From Antedon mediterranea (taxonomy: Eukaryota; Animalia; Echinodermata): DNA of 64,000 nucleotides. A program made the translations under genes and the position numbers. Of the stretch, positions 12,727-27,100 are shown one piece after another. The stretch is taken from positions 16,510,871 to 16,574,870 of the forward strand of contig NC_092676.1 in NCBI RefSeq assembly GCF_964355755.1, in the 5' to 3' direction. Each line of letters begins with the position of its first letter. The stretch's first letter is position 1. The notes beneath the pieces are model-generated. The model had not been told where the DNA came from. It ran no database searches and saw nothing but the letters and a program-made list of their open reading frames with translations.

Positions 12727-14490
12727 TATAAAAGATGGGGCTGAAATTCTAAAAGTTCCCATTACCTACATAATTAATTTATCAATTAGTACCAGTACAG
12801 TCCCAGAAGACATGAAAAAGGCCAAGGTCATACCTCTTTATAAAAAAGGTAGTAGAACCGATATTGGAAACTATCGCCCTATAAGTATACTCAGTACAAT
12901 GTCTAAAATTTTAGAGAAGGCTGTTTTTATTCAAATCGAAAAATACCTTACTGAAAACAACGTATTGTATAAATATCAATCTGGATTTCGAGCTGCCTTC
13001 TCTACTGACACATGTTTGATAGACTTAGTTGATTCCCTTAAAACCCAAACTTCTAAGGGAAATTTCTCGGGTATGGTGTTGGTCGATTTAAAGAAGGCAT
13101 TTGACACTGTAGATCATGACATTTTATGTAATAAGCTTAAATTAATGGGTATTGGATCTATTGAATGGTTCAAATCTTACTTATCAATAAGAAAGCAAAT
13201 AGTAACTGTTGATGATCATTGCTCTCAATCTTGTACTGTTACATGCGGGGTTCCTCAAGGAAGTATCCTTGGACCCCTTTTGTTCTTATGTTTTGTTAAT
13301 GACATGGTAACTTGTATTGATCCTGATTGTAAACTCCTTCTATACGCTGATGACAGTGCAATTGTTTATTCACACAGAAATCCAGATATTATTTCTAAGA
13401 AGCTAGGGTCAACACTAGACTCCTTGTGTGATTGGCTTGTAGACAATAAGTTAACAATTAACCTGGATAAAACTGAGTGTATACTATTTGGTTCTAAGAG
13501 AAAAACTAAAAATGTTAACAATTTTAATGTCTCAACAAATGGTAACAATATCAACACTAGTAATTGTGTCAAGTATCTGGGTATTGAAATAGATCAAAAT
13601 TTAACGTGTTCTGAATATGCATGTAAAACCATTAAGAAAATTAATAATAGGCTTAAGTTTATGTACCGCCAACGTAAGATACTAAGTTGTAAGAATCGTA
13701 AACTATTATGCTCTGCTCTCATCCAATGTGTTTTTGATTATGCTGCATCTTCTTGGTTCTGTGGAACCAGTAAAGCTATCCAAAGAAAACTACAAATTGC
13801 TCAAAACAAAATGGTTAGACTCATAAAAGGAGTTGAACCCAGAAGACATATAGGTGCTGATCAATTAGACGATTATGGATTGTTAAATGTAAAATATCGA
13901 GTAAAGTTCTTGCAAATTAGCCAAGTTCATAAAATATTTATGGGCAGAAGTGCTTCATACCTAAACGAAAACTTTCGTAGAGTTAATAACTTACATGGTC
14001 ACTTCACTCGTGGTAGTAAACTCAATTTTGTTGTACCTAAAGTCCAAGGCATAGAATGTAATACGTTCTATTTTAATGCAATCAGAGAATGGAATAACCT
14101 TCCTGACTATATTAAACAAATTTCCAACACATCTAAATTTAAAACTGAATTGAAACAATATTACAAAATTAAACATAGATAAATTATTATTGTGCCATTA
14201 TATCAGATGTTTTGCTTATATGCTTATATATTTATGAACCCCGTCTTATAATGTTTATTTTGTTAAAATTATAATTACTATTTTTTTAGGGACCACATTG
14301 GAATTAAGTTGTTTTACTTTAAACGACTTTATGTGTTTTCCCGTGCATCGTCAGACTTCATTAATCCCGCCATTTTTATTTGCTTTTTTGATGTACATGT
14401 ATATTAATATTTAAGGTGATTTTATATATTATTGATGTATTTTTAATGTTATTTATTGAGATGCCAAATAAATGAAAGAAAGAAATAGAA
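12727..14490 (+). mobile_element. 5'-truncated CR1/L2-group LINE with an uninterrupted RT ORF (12812-14182)
   Basis: NYRPISIL, QSGFR, DLKKAFDTVDH, GVPQGSILGPLLF, YADD and KYLG motifs. The 3' UTR ends aataaatgaaagaaagaaa. Confidence 0.93.
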
Positions 14491-14813
14491 ATACTTTTTA
14501 AAACGTTATAGTTTGGTGTGGGTTCAAACGTAAACCACAATTACGTTTATTGAAGACCAGACAATTATAACGTTTGTACCAAATGGTCTATCAACGATTT
14601 AATTTATAAAGTTTCTTTATGACGAGCCTTGTATTCGACCCGTTAAGCGCCGTTCTAAACCCTGATACTAGAATAACGGTACTGACGTACTCGCATATCT
14701 TTGGGGATTATTTTTCAAAATTTAAAGTATGTATTTACAAAAAAGTTGAACAGAGATGGATTTGTTAAAATTGTGTAGGTATTCTCAATACAGGATATTG
14801 TCGTTAGTTACAA

Positions 14814-16129
14814 CATGGATTAAAGAATAGAAGGATATGCATCGACGGTGACATCAAACGATTTTACAACGCGCTTGCCTATACTAAAGCACTGCTGCCA
14901 ATCAAACAAACACGTTCATTGAACTCCGTGTCTCTAACCGCGACCCTCTGAACGCTGTGAATCAACTGTTACATTTTTTTAGACCAAAACGTAACCATGT
15001 AGAAATCGTATGCGCAGTCTGAATGTTCTATTGACATGTCTGCGTCGATGATTAATTGACTACAAAAATATATTGCTGAATAATTCTGTTTTAGTTTCAT
15101 CACAATCGGACTACGAAAAGTTCACTTTCTTACGACTGGTAATTTTAAGTAGTTTGTAATATTAATAAAATATGCAATTTTTATATTTGAATTATCATTA
15201 TTTGCCTGCCATCTTCTTTCATTAAAAATTGCGTTAATCTATAGAATATTAAATTATGCATTTGACCATGTATGTTGTTAGCGTGGCCGGTGTTCACACA
15301 TACAACAATCGTGTTTTTAATATATGGCTAAGCCGTGGTTTCTTCATAAATCTCCTTAATTATCGATGTGATTATATTTAAACTGTAGTGCCTGGTGATT
15401 GGCTAGTGGTTATGTCATCCACATCACATCCAATCACCGGGCCTAATTGAATGAAAACAGCGATCCCTGATCCGGGATTGGCTGGCTATGTATAGTTGCG
15501 ATTCGTTACCTAGCGGTCGTTTTGAAAAGTACACGCAGGGCAAACTTAATCACGAACAAACGGAGTACCTATTATTATTCACACAAGAAGTAAGACAACG
15601 GTGAGTATATAGATCATGATTACACGTTGTATCTACTACATTTAAGATTAGCCTAGGCCTACCTAGGCAGTATCAATGTCGGCAAATCATAGGGTTTACT
15701 AGCCCAGTTTAGCCTAGTAGGACCTGGGCCTAGGCTAACATTCTTGCTGATTTTGTAATTTTACAACAAATGAGACAACAAATAGTTATTGTCTCAGATG
15801 TAGGGCTACTACAGGTCATAAAATGCTACTTTAATCATAAAAAATCATTAGCGTAGATCAATCGCGGCAGAAACCTATACTAATTACAACATTACAATGA
15901 TAGCATCTACAAACATCATGCCACCAAAGAACGCGCGAAAGAAGCGTAGCCAACAAGGTTAAATGTCGTTGCACATGTGCAGTAAACAATATATTAGGCA
16001 CGCGACCGTTTTGTTGTTACCATGCGGTTAATTAAACTGTAACATTGTGGGCGGTCCGCGGTCTGTCGGCGAGAGTCAAGGAACCCTTGATCTCACGTCG
16101 ATGCATATCCTTCTATTCTTTAATCCATG
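14814..16129. mobile_element. Non-autonomous P-element-like transposon
   Basis: Perfect 34-bp TIR CATGGATTAAAGAATAGAAGGATATGCATCGACG and 7-bp TSD GTTACAA (14807-14813, 16130-16136). Empty paralogous site at about 12190-12206. Confidence 0.85.
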
Positions 16130-16734
16130 GTTACAAAGGAACAGGTTTTTCGTGAAACATACTAAAAATACAATGTGTATATAGAATCGTTCACAACACT
16201 GTTGATACAATACAATAACGACTTAAACATCATTGTCAATACAGATCCGTAGTGTCAGTACACAGACTGCTACATAAGCCATTTTTTTAGAAAATAAATT
16301 ACTTTCAAAACACTATTGCTAACGCATTGTTCATAACTTCTATTTCAAATATAGACCTGTAAACGTTTTAACAACAGGGAAGAGTAAATAATAAGTAAGT
16401 ATACTAAAAAATAATGTAATTACGTCGTGAACGCATTGTATATATTACAAACACTGAATAATTCCTTGTCACCCACTTCTTGATAATACTGCTGGGTATT
16501 GTTTTATTGCTACATTTCTTTAACGTTTTTTTTATTTTAAACGTTATTGTATTAGGCATATCAATAAAAACAAAAGTGATATTTTATAAGATTTAGCACT
16601 ATTTTGGGGGCAAATATTGGGATCATTGTTTACAACTCAAAGGCAACTGACAAAATATTAGAAAGAAAAGTCACGTTATACGACGGTACCTGTGTTTATC
16701 TCCGACTTAGAAAACTAGTTCCCGAAAGTAATAT

Positions 16735-18062
16735 TCCACTCGTTCTAATTATTAGTCTAACTAAAGAACACTCGTTCTAACGATTGGTCTAACTACAGAC
16801 CACTAACTCTACTGGTTGGTCAACTAAAAACCACTCGCTCTAACAGTTGTTCTAACTAAAAAATTCTCGTTCAAACGATTTGTCTAGCTAAAGACCACTA
16901 AACTCTACTGGTTGGTCAACTAAAAACCACTCGCTCTAACGTTTGGTCTAACTAAAGACCACTAAATCTACTGGTTGGTCAACTATAAAACACTCGCTCT
17001 CACGATTGGTCTAACTAAAGACCACTAAATCTACTGGTTGGTCAACTAAAAACCACTCGCTCTAACGTTTGGTCTAACTATAAAACACTCGCTCTCACGA
17101 TTGGTCTAACTAAAGACTACTAAATCTACTGGTTGGTCAACTAAAAACCACTCGCTCTAACGGTTGGTCTAACTAAAAAACACTCACTCTCACGATTGGT
17201 CTAACTAAAGACCACTAAATCTACTTGTTGGTCAACTAAAAACCACTCGCTATAACTGTTGATCTAACTAAAAAAACACTCGCTCTAACAATTGGTCTAA
17301 CTGAAGACCACTAAATCTACTGGTTGGTCAACTAAAAACCACTCGCTCTAACGTTTGGTCTAACTATAAAACACTCGCTCTCACGATTGGTCTAACTAAA
17401 GACTACTAAATCTACTGGTTGGTCAACTAAAAACCACTCGCTCTAACGGTTGGTCTAACTAAAAAACACTCACTCTCACGATTGGTCTAACTAAAGACCA
17501 CTAAATCTACTTGTTGGTCAACTAAACTAACTAAAAAAACACTCGCTCTAACAATTGGTCTAACTGAAGACCACTAAATCTACTGGTTGGTCAACTAAAA
17601 ACCACTCGCTCTAACGTTTGGTCTAACTATAAAACACTCGCTCTCACGATTGGTCTAACTAAAGACTACTAAATCTACTGGTTGGTCAACTAAAAACCAC
17701 TCGCTCTAACGGTTGGTCTAACTAAAAAACACTCACTCTCACGATTGGTCTAACTAAAGACCACTAAATCTACTTGTTGGTCAACTAAAAACCACTCGCT
17801 ATAACTGTTGATCTAACTAAAAAAACACTCGCTCTAACAATTGGTCTAACTGAAGACCACTAAATCTACTGGTTGGTCAACTAAAAACCACTCGCTCTAA
17901 CGGTTGGTCTAACTAAAAAACACTCGCTCTAAGGATTGGTGTAACTTAAACCCACTTATTCTATCGATCGGTCTAACTAAACTTCACTCGTTTTAACGAT
18001 TATTCTAACTGAGGAAAACTTGTTTTAACGATTGGTCTAACTGAAGACATATTGTTTTAACG
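16735..18062. repeat. Minisatellite, about 31-32-bp monomer with higher-order units; resumes at 19393-19470
   Basis: Tandem tggtc(t)aactaaa(a/g)accact... monomers. Blocks of variant monomers recur at about 260-290-bp spacing. Confidence 0.9.
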
Positions 18063-18065
18063 ATA

Positions 18066-19392
18066 CCTGTAATATGGAAAAAGTCCTCAATAACACTACT
18101 CCCTAAAAAACCTAAACCAAGTATTAACAACGACTATAGACCCGTTGCCTTGACATCGATCATTATGAAGTGTCTAGAATCCATTGTTAAGCATTTTCTG
18201 AATTTCTAAATGAATGTAATGAGTTACGTGACCCGTGTCAGTTTGCGTATAAGAGTAAGAAAGGGAAAAGTGATGCAGTCTTAACTCTTCTTGACTCTGT
18301 TTATTCTGGTCTCGAGAGACCGCAATCATTATGTTCGCTCTATGTTCTTCGATTTCTCTTCAGCCTTTAATACTATCCAATCACATATTCTGCTCCGGAA
18401 ACTCTGTGATATGAATATTAATTCACACATAATCTTGTGGATATGTGATTTTCTATCAAATAGACCACAGGTGGTTAGGATAGGTGGACATTCTTCTAGT
18501 ACTCTTTTCACTAACACCGGTGTCCCTCAGGGATGTGTTCTTTCTCCTGTTCTTTTCTCTCTTTACACAAATGACTTTAAAATTGAAAGTAATAATGTTA
18601 GTATAGTTAAGTATGCAGATGATTCTGTTGTTACGGGTATAATTCAGCATAACTGTGAAGATGAGTATAGAAATACACTTAGGTTGTTTGAGTCGTGGTG
18701 TATGAAAAACATTTTTATATTAAACGCGGATAAGACCAAAGAATTAATTTTTGATTTCAAAAAGAAGAAAAGTGTTATTGATAATATTGTATTAAACGAC
18801 CAAAAGATAGATACTGTAAAAGGACATAAATATTTAGGAACAACGGTAGATTGTGATTTAAATTGGAATGCAAATACTGTAAATATTGTTAAAACATCTA
18901 ATAATGATATACTTTTTTGTTTCACGAGAGTGTTATTCTTAGTGTTGTAACTTTCAACTGTGTTGAATAGTCTGAGTGCTAATGATAAAAAGAAACTTGA
19001 CCGTATAATGAAAACTGCTAGTAAAATAATAGGAAAGAATGTCAATGTTATCGACGCAGTTTACAGGCGCGATGTTATTAGCCAAGTTAAGAAAATAAGG
19101 GAAGATAACTCACACCCATTGAATGATAAATATGTTGTAAATAAATCAGGTAGAATTCGTTCTTTAATATGCAATACCACTCGATGTAGGAAATCATTTG
19201 TCCACAACTCTATTCATATTTCCAACTCAACATTTCAAAGATAGTTTGTTTACTACTGTATATAGTTTAATGTATTGTATTGATATTTTTAATGTTTTAT
19301 ATATTGTATGTGTTTTTAGGCATCTAAGGAAAACCAATTTCATGTTCGCCTGATTGTGTTCATGACAATAAAGATTTATCTTATCTTATCTT
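18066..19392 (+). mobile_element. 5'-truncated, frameshifted Rex1/Babar-like LINE inserted in the minisatellite
   Basis: DYRPVALTSIIMKCLE, FDFSSAFNTIQ, TGVPQGCVLSPVLFSLYTND and KYADD motifs. 3' aataaagat followed by a (TTATC)n tail. Confidence 0.88.
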
Positions 19393-19889
19393 AACTAAAG
19401 TTCACTTGTTTTAACAATTGGTCTAACTGAAGAAAACTTGTTTTAACGATTAGTCTAGCTGAAGACAAATTGTTTATAAAGTTGCTTCATACGTTCGGTA
19501 CTGATTTTAACCACCTAACATAACCCTGTTTACTAAATAAGTTGAGTTAGATAATTAGTTATTGACAATCTATATATAAATTATGGTTAATTCTGACATA
19601 GGCGAGCACAATGGAAAAACTTCGGTACTAATCTCCGCCTTGGATACCTACCTTATGTATCTCAGATGTACCGAGAAACGTAAATTAGTTTTCAGTACTA
19701 CGCTATTGTTCCATATTTCTTTCTTAGGAAGATATTATAAAAGGGTTTTATAAGACATTTTCTGATTTCAATCGGTAAATTTTAACTCTACGCACGGTAG
19801 AAGTGATTTTTTTTTAATTGACTAACTGACTGGAGGCGAAATCCTGACAGAATCAAGAGATTATATGCATTAATGCATATAACCTAATT

Positions 19890-20210
19890 AGTATTGCGAT
19901 TGGTTGTTGGTTGATGTCGATGATGTCATCCTCAACAAAAATACGGTATTACAATTGGTTTGATGTTGATAATGTCACCCACAACAAAAAGTAGGATTTG
20001 GCCGATCAGGAAAAGTCAGTAAAATACTTTATTGGGATTGGTTTTGATGTCGATGTTGTCATCCTCAATAAACATTAGAATTTGGCCAATCAGGAAAGGT
20101 CAGTAAAATACGGTATTGAGATTGGTTTGCTATCGATGATGTCATCGTCAACAAAAATACGGTATTACGATTGGTCTGATGTCGATAATGTCATCCTCAA
20201 CAAAAAAGTA
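19890..20210. repeat. Degenerate tandem repeat (attggtttgatgtcgatgatgtcatcctcaacaaaaa core)
   Basis: About five diverged copies are visible. Confidence 0.65.
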
Positions 20211-22989
20211 AAAAGTTTTACATGGCTGAGCACACACACACACACACAAGCAACGCAACAAGAGAAAAGGAGGTTTTACCTTGCTCATCATATCGTATCA
20301 GGATGCAAGAATCATGCAAGTCCTGAACAATCATCTTCAGTAATATTTATCATGGAGGATGAGAAAGCATGCACAATCACAAAGGTTAATGCGCGCCACC
20401 GTCAGACTGTTAAAATGTGTACTTATTAAAGCGGTATCACTGTCATTGCAAAAATAAATGAAGAATACGTCTGTTGTCATCGTTTCAAAATTATAAAAAC
20501 AGTCATCATTTATATAAATAAAGAAACCATATTATAATAAATCACACAAATCATTTATTTTTCTTTTTAATTCAAATTATCAAATAGTGATTGGTGTACA
20601 GTATGATTGACATCAGTATAAAAATAATAATTATAATTACTTCTACTACTATTACATATGGCGTTGCTCTTATTCTTCTATTGTTGGTCAACCATTATTA
20701 CACCAAATTAAAATTATCCTACATCACAAAACCAGTCACCATAAATATCTGTAAATAAATATTAAATAAGTGTTAGAAGGTGTCCAGAAGGTGAATCAGT
20801 GTTCAATAGAGCATACTGTATTGTTCTTTGTTACACCTTTATGCAAATTATCAATTGCACAGGTTGTTGTGCAGGGCAGTCGACAATTGAGCTTCGTGCT
20901 GGGTGTAGCCAATAACACAAATAAAATCACAAAAATGATGAAACAAGGGCAAACTATAGATCGATAATTATTGAAATGACGTATGATCAATAGAAATTGT
21001 TTGCCCGCACCTGGCCTTTAATATATAAAATAAAATAACAAATTGAATGACATTTCTACCTTTCATATGTTATTTACTTTTAATTATTTCAAATTACTTA
21101 CAGTTATCAATCATCAGTCAGTCAATGTATATAATTTCTTCATCAGGTTCAATACGCTGTAGACATAATCTTCCCCACCACTCTTTCTTCATCGGGTTCA
21201 ATATTTAATCTTTCCCGTTCTCCCACCACTCTTTCTTCTACTCTTCTTTCTTCTGAAATTAAATTTTCAAAATTACAGACGACTCCTTCTTTTCGTGCCA
21301 GTTCACGATTTTGTTTGTCTAATTTTCCTGAACAGTCTTTTTAGTTGTTTCTGAAGCAGCTGCTTGACTTTATCTTCCATCACAAACAAATTAATATGTG
21401 CTTGTGCCATTTTGTTCAAATAAATAAATAAATACCTGCAGTGATTCTAAGTTTACATCCTGCCGAAAAACGAATTCTGCTGTTAGCGACACTGTCAATC
21501 CTCATACTGTACAAGAACTCGCACATCAAGTAAAACTGAAGTTTGTCTGTAAAAGAAGAAGACATTCACGGTGATAAAAAAAAATTAAATTGAATTTTAA
21601 AAACGTTTTTTCCTCAAACTTAAAGTACTGTAAGAAGAAAAATGTAATAACGATGTATATTCAAAATTTTATATATCACGGTTTTTATATATTATTAAAT
21701 ATTACAATAAAAGAAATAATTCTGAAAATCTGGCTTGTAGATTCCAAAATATAAGGCCTTAAACATCATCGAAAATGATCGTTTACCCAAAAATGGCGTA
21801 ACAATTTTCCCCCTCACTTTGCAGTTGTATGAACTAGGCCTTCTCCATTTTTCGGTAAAATAATTACATAAAATAACGTTTTTTAGTAAAATATTTTGTG
21901 TATTAAAATTGTAAAATTCAATAAAATATGATATTAAAGGATTAGTAAATAAAAAATAATATTTACTTACCTTATTCGAATCATGTCAATACTCTATTAA
22001 TAGTCCGGACTGAGAGACGACGTGACTATCGTATATAAAAATATTATGGATTGCACTAAATTGTTACCTTTAAAGATTAAAAACAATTATTTAATAATAT
22101 ATAAATAAATTATTAAATATTACTACTTTTCTTTGCCGTGTTGTTATGACAGTTCAAAGCAACAAAATTGGAATATGTCATTATATATTATTTATTTTCA
22201 TTACACAATAATAAACCTAAAGACCGTAAACTTATGTAACTAGGACACCACCCTAATCACTACGCGAAATGTCCTAAAAGACGCATGCACTGGACGTTTC
22301 ATAAAAATCACCGCCGGCGGCTCAACTTGTCGGCGGCCAACCGGTCATATGCCTAAACATGGTTCCGTAGATCCAGGTGGTTCAGTAGTAATTATCCATT
22401 AACTCCCGTACTGCACCGGAACATATACCACCTCACCCTCGATGTCCATATACACTTGTTCAAATGTTCAACAGAAACAAAAAGGGATTACCACAAAAGG
22501 CAGTGTCATACAGATCATGTAAGTGAGTCTGAACATACCCAATTCCCTAATACCACTCACAATGTTTGTGTGGTACTACTGTACATGCACAATGTAATAA
22601 CAATAACATTTTATGAAACATACCTAGCCGGCCTGAACGGCGTTATCGAAAAAAAGGTTATAAGACAAGTGAATAGTCTATCGTCACGTCTTCTCGCCAA
22701 CGATGGAGAGAGAGAAGCAAGTAGGCCTAACCCAGAACCAAAGATACTATATAGATCTTTGCCGCCCAGAACTTCAGATGCGAAGTACCGGTCACAAACA
22801 AACGCTAATGACATCTACCTCCGCAGAATTTCTCGGCTGGTATAAAACGTCTTAAAACAATAACGTTATACATTGCTATGCTAACACCCTAATTAATATC
22901 TATTTACAATGAAACTCTATCACCAAAACACTATCAAAAACTTTATGATTAATTAGTACCACTTTATTGTTATGAAATTAAGTATTGTA

Positions 22990-23530
22990 AAAATAGAGAA
23001 ACCTGGAAGGGTCACACTTTGTAAATATTGTTGAAATAAAACAAAAATAGTATTCTAAATCGTTCCGTATTATCATACAAAAGATTAGTGAATTAAAAAT
23101 AGGGTTGTATACAATGTTTCCACAAAAATGAATACAGCTCATGCATGATTGCACAGAGGAAGCCGGTACTTCCTCTTGATGAATTATTATAACATAGACC
23201 TAAAATTCATATAACATTTTGGTCAGCGCAACTCGCCTTTTTACTAAGGCCTCTGTAAATAGTTAGTCGGCTTGTCTTTCAAGTGAGAACATACTTCGTG
23301 TAAATATCCTACACACTGCACAAGTTGTAAACTGATGTCCATTTTCAATCAAAGAGAATCGGCTGTAAAGGAAACAGCTGTATTAACTTAAGGGAACATC
23401 AATAAATGCATCAGATGGAACACTCAAGTGAAGGAACATTAAACTGATAAGGCCTAGACCTTAAACGACATCGTTGACCTGTGAGTAATAATAATATAAT
23501 AATAATGATAATGATGATGATGATGATGAT
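22990..23530 (+). repeat. Interspersed repeat duplicated at about 36510-37100 (partial copy at about 34900-34970)
   Basis: Near-identical sequence from ggaagggtcacactt to catcgttgacctgtga, followed by an (AAT)n tail in both copies. Confidence 0.8.
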
Positions 23531-24105
23531 ACTGATAACTAGAATTTGTCCTATGCCATCCTATGATCTGATGCTCATGCTTAGTCTTGAGTTGTGCCTA
23601 TTATGTGTCATAGAATATGTACAGTATACTGTGTAACGGAGCAAACGCTACGTTAATAGGACAGGAGACCACACTCCTTTGGGTTAAAAACAAGGATTAT
23701 GAATTACACAGAAAACATAAGTTGCAAGTTGTCTTTCCATTTATTTCTCACAATACTGAACCACATTTACCCAGCAAGCTGCCAGGTAATTCAAAGTAGT
23801 CCTACAATTAAACATGTTAACACGCTAAAGAACATAGGTAACTAAAAAAACGCCTTCACGGCAAACAACAGGCTATATACCGTTGTTCACCTGTGCGTGT
23901 AATTGTTATTTAAATTAGAATATCGTTCAGAATACAGCTACGGTTACGTAAATACTGAGCTGTAGATATGAATTCATGTACACATTTGACTAGTCTGGGT
24001 TCCAGACGGAGTTTTGTCTTAATTTTAGTAAAAAGATAAATATTTTGGCACATATGGCGTTTCATACGTATACTACTTGATTTTGGATCCTCCGTCTGGG
24101 GAAAC

Positions 24106-27100
24106 GAGGTATATTCAGAGCGTCATTTCGACGATCGAGCATTCTCTACTTCTACGGAGCGCCATTTATGCCTTTATTTACTTCCGAATTAGAAATAGTA
24201 CTACGGTAACTGCTCCAGTGGACCAAATTTAGCACCGGTGGAGCACAGTGATATAAAATAGAAATAAGTCACTGAATGTTAATATCTTTTCGTATGTTAA
24301 TAACACTGTGCTCAAGTGGACCCAATTTGGAGCCAGGGGAGCACAATGATATAAAATAGAAATAAATCACTGAATTTTAATATCTTTTCGTATGTTAATA
24401 CACTGTGTTCAAGTGGACCCAATTTGGAGCCAGGAGAGCAGTGATATAAAATAGAAATAAGTCAATGATTTTTAGTATCTTTTCGTATGTTAATACACTG
24501 TACTCAAGTGGACCGAATTTGGCGCCAGTGGAGCACAGTGATATAAAATAGAAAAAAGTCACTGAATTTTAATATCTTTTCGTATGTTAAAACAGTGTGC
24601 TCAAGTGGACCCAATTTGGAGCCAGGGGAGCACAGTGATATAAAATAGAAAAAAGTCACTGAATTTTAATATCTTTTCGTATGTTAATAACACTGTGCTC
24701 AAGTGGACCCAATTTGGAGCCAGGGGAGCACAATGATATAAAATAGAAATAAATCTCTGAATTTTAATATCTTTTCGTATGTTAATACACTGTGTTCAAG
24801 TGGACCCAATTTGGAGCCAGGAGAGCAGTGATATAAAATAGAAATAAGTCAATGATTTTTAGTATCTTTTCGTATGTTAATACACTGTACTCAAGTGGAC
24901 CGAATTTGGCGCCAGTGGAGCACAGTAATATAAAATAGAAAAAAGTCACTGAATTTTAATATCTTTTCGTATGTTAATACACTGTGCTCAAGTGGACCCA
25001 ATTTGGAGCCAAGGGAGCACAGTGATATAAAATAGAAAAAAGTCACTGAATTTTAATATCTTTTTGTATGTTAATACACTGTGCTCAAGTGGACCCAATT
25101 TGGAGCCAGGGGAGCACAGTGATATAAAATAGAAATAAGTCACTGAATGTTAATATCTTTTCGTATTTTAATACACTGTGCTCAAGTGGACCTAATTTGG
25201 CGCCAGTGGAGCACAGTGATATAAATCGAAATAAGTCACTGAATTTTAATATCTTTTCGTATGTTAATACACTGTGCTCACGTGGACCCAATTTGGCGCG
25301 CGCGCCAGTGAGCACACAGTGATATAAAATAGAAATAAGTCACTAATTTTAATATCTGTTCGTATGTAAATACACTGTGCTCAAGTGGACCCAATTTGGA
25401 GCCAGGGGAGCTCAATAATATAAAATAGAAATAAATCACTGAATTTTGATATATTTTCGTATGTTAATACACTGTGCTCAAGTGGACCCAATTTGGAGCC
25501 AGGAGAGCACAGTGATATAAAATAGAAATAAGTCAATGATTTTTAGTATCTTTTTGTATGTTAATACACTGTGCTCAAGTGGACCCAATTTGGAGGCAGG
25601 GGAGCACAGTGATATAAAATAGAAAAAAGTCACTGAATTGTAATATCTTTTCGTATGTTAATACACTGTGCCCAAGTGGACCCAATTTGGAGCCAGTGGA
25701 GCACAGTGATATAAAATAGAAAAAAAGTCACTGAATTTTAATATCTTTTCGTATGTTAATACACTGTGCTCACGTGGACCCAATTTGGCGCGCGCGCCCA
25801 GTAAGCACACAGTGATATAAAATAGAAAAAAAGTTGAACATTGAACATATATACCAAGTTTGAAATATTTTTTAATTCCAGAAGTATTTTTTCTCGATGT
25901 TTTTGTATGTGACTATTTCCCTGTGCTCCCATTGGTGCCAAATTGGGTCCACTTGAGCACAGTGTATTAACATACAAAAAGATATTAAAATTTAGTGACT
26001 TTTTTCTGTTTTATATTACTGTGCTCACTGGCGCGCGCGCCAAATTGGGTCCACGTAAGCACAGTGTATTAACATACGAAAAGATATTCAAATTCAGTGA
26101 CTTATTTCTATTTTATATCACAGTGCATGCTCCCCTGGCTCCAAATCGGGTCCACTTGAGCATAGTGTATATTAAATACGAAAAGATATTAAAATTCAGT
26201 GACTTTTTCCATTTTATATCACTGTGCTCCACTGGCGCCAAATTGGGTCCACTTGAGCACAGTGTATTAACATACGAAAATATATTAACATTCAATGACT
26301 TATTTCTATTTTATATCACTGTGCTCTCCTCCCTGGCGCCAAATTAGGTTCCCTTGAGCACAGTGTATTGACATACGAAAAGATATTAAAATTCAGTGAC
26401 TTTTTTCTGTTTTATATCACTGTGCTCCACTGGCTCCAAATTGGGTCCACTTGAGCACAGTGTATTGACATACGAAAAGATATTAAAATTCAGTGACTTT
26501 TTTCTATTTTATATCACTGTGCTCCCCTGGCTCCAAATTGTGTCCACTTGAGCACAGTGTATAACCATACGAAAAGATATTAAAATTTAGAGACTTATTT
26601 CTATTTTATATCACTGTGCTCCACTGGCTCCAAATTGGGTCCACTTGAGCACAGTGTATTAACATACGAAAAGATATTAAAATTCAGTGACTTATTTTTA
26701 TTTCATATCACTGTGCTCCACTGGCGCCAAATTAGGTCCACTTGTGCACAGTGTTATTAACATACGAAAAGATATTAAAATTCAGTGACTTTTTTCTATT
26801 TTATATCACTGTGCTCCCCTGGCTCCAAATTGGGTCCACTTGAGCACACTGTTTTAACATACGAAAAGATATTAAAATTCAGTTACTTTTTTCTATTTTA
26901 TATCACTGTGCTCCACTGGCGCCAAATTCGGTCCACTTGAGTACAGTGTATTAACATACGAAAAGATACTAAAAATCATTGACTTATTTCTATTTTATAT
27001 CACTGCTCTCCTGGCTCCAAATTGGGTCCACTTGAACACAGTGTATTAACATACGAAAAGATATTAAAATTCAGTGACTTATTTCTATTTTATATCACTG

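Noticed and set aside
21060-21550. Minus-strand coiled-coil-like coding remnant (MAQAHINLFVMEDKVKQLL...)
   Set aside because: It is interrupted by stops and frameshifts, with no recognisable family.
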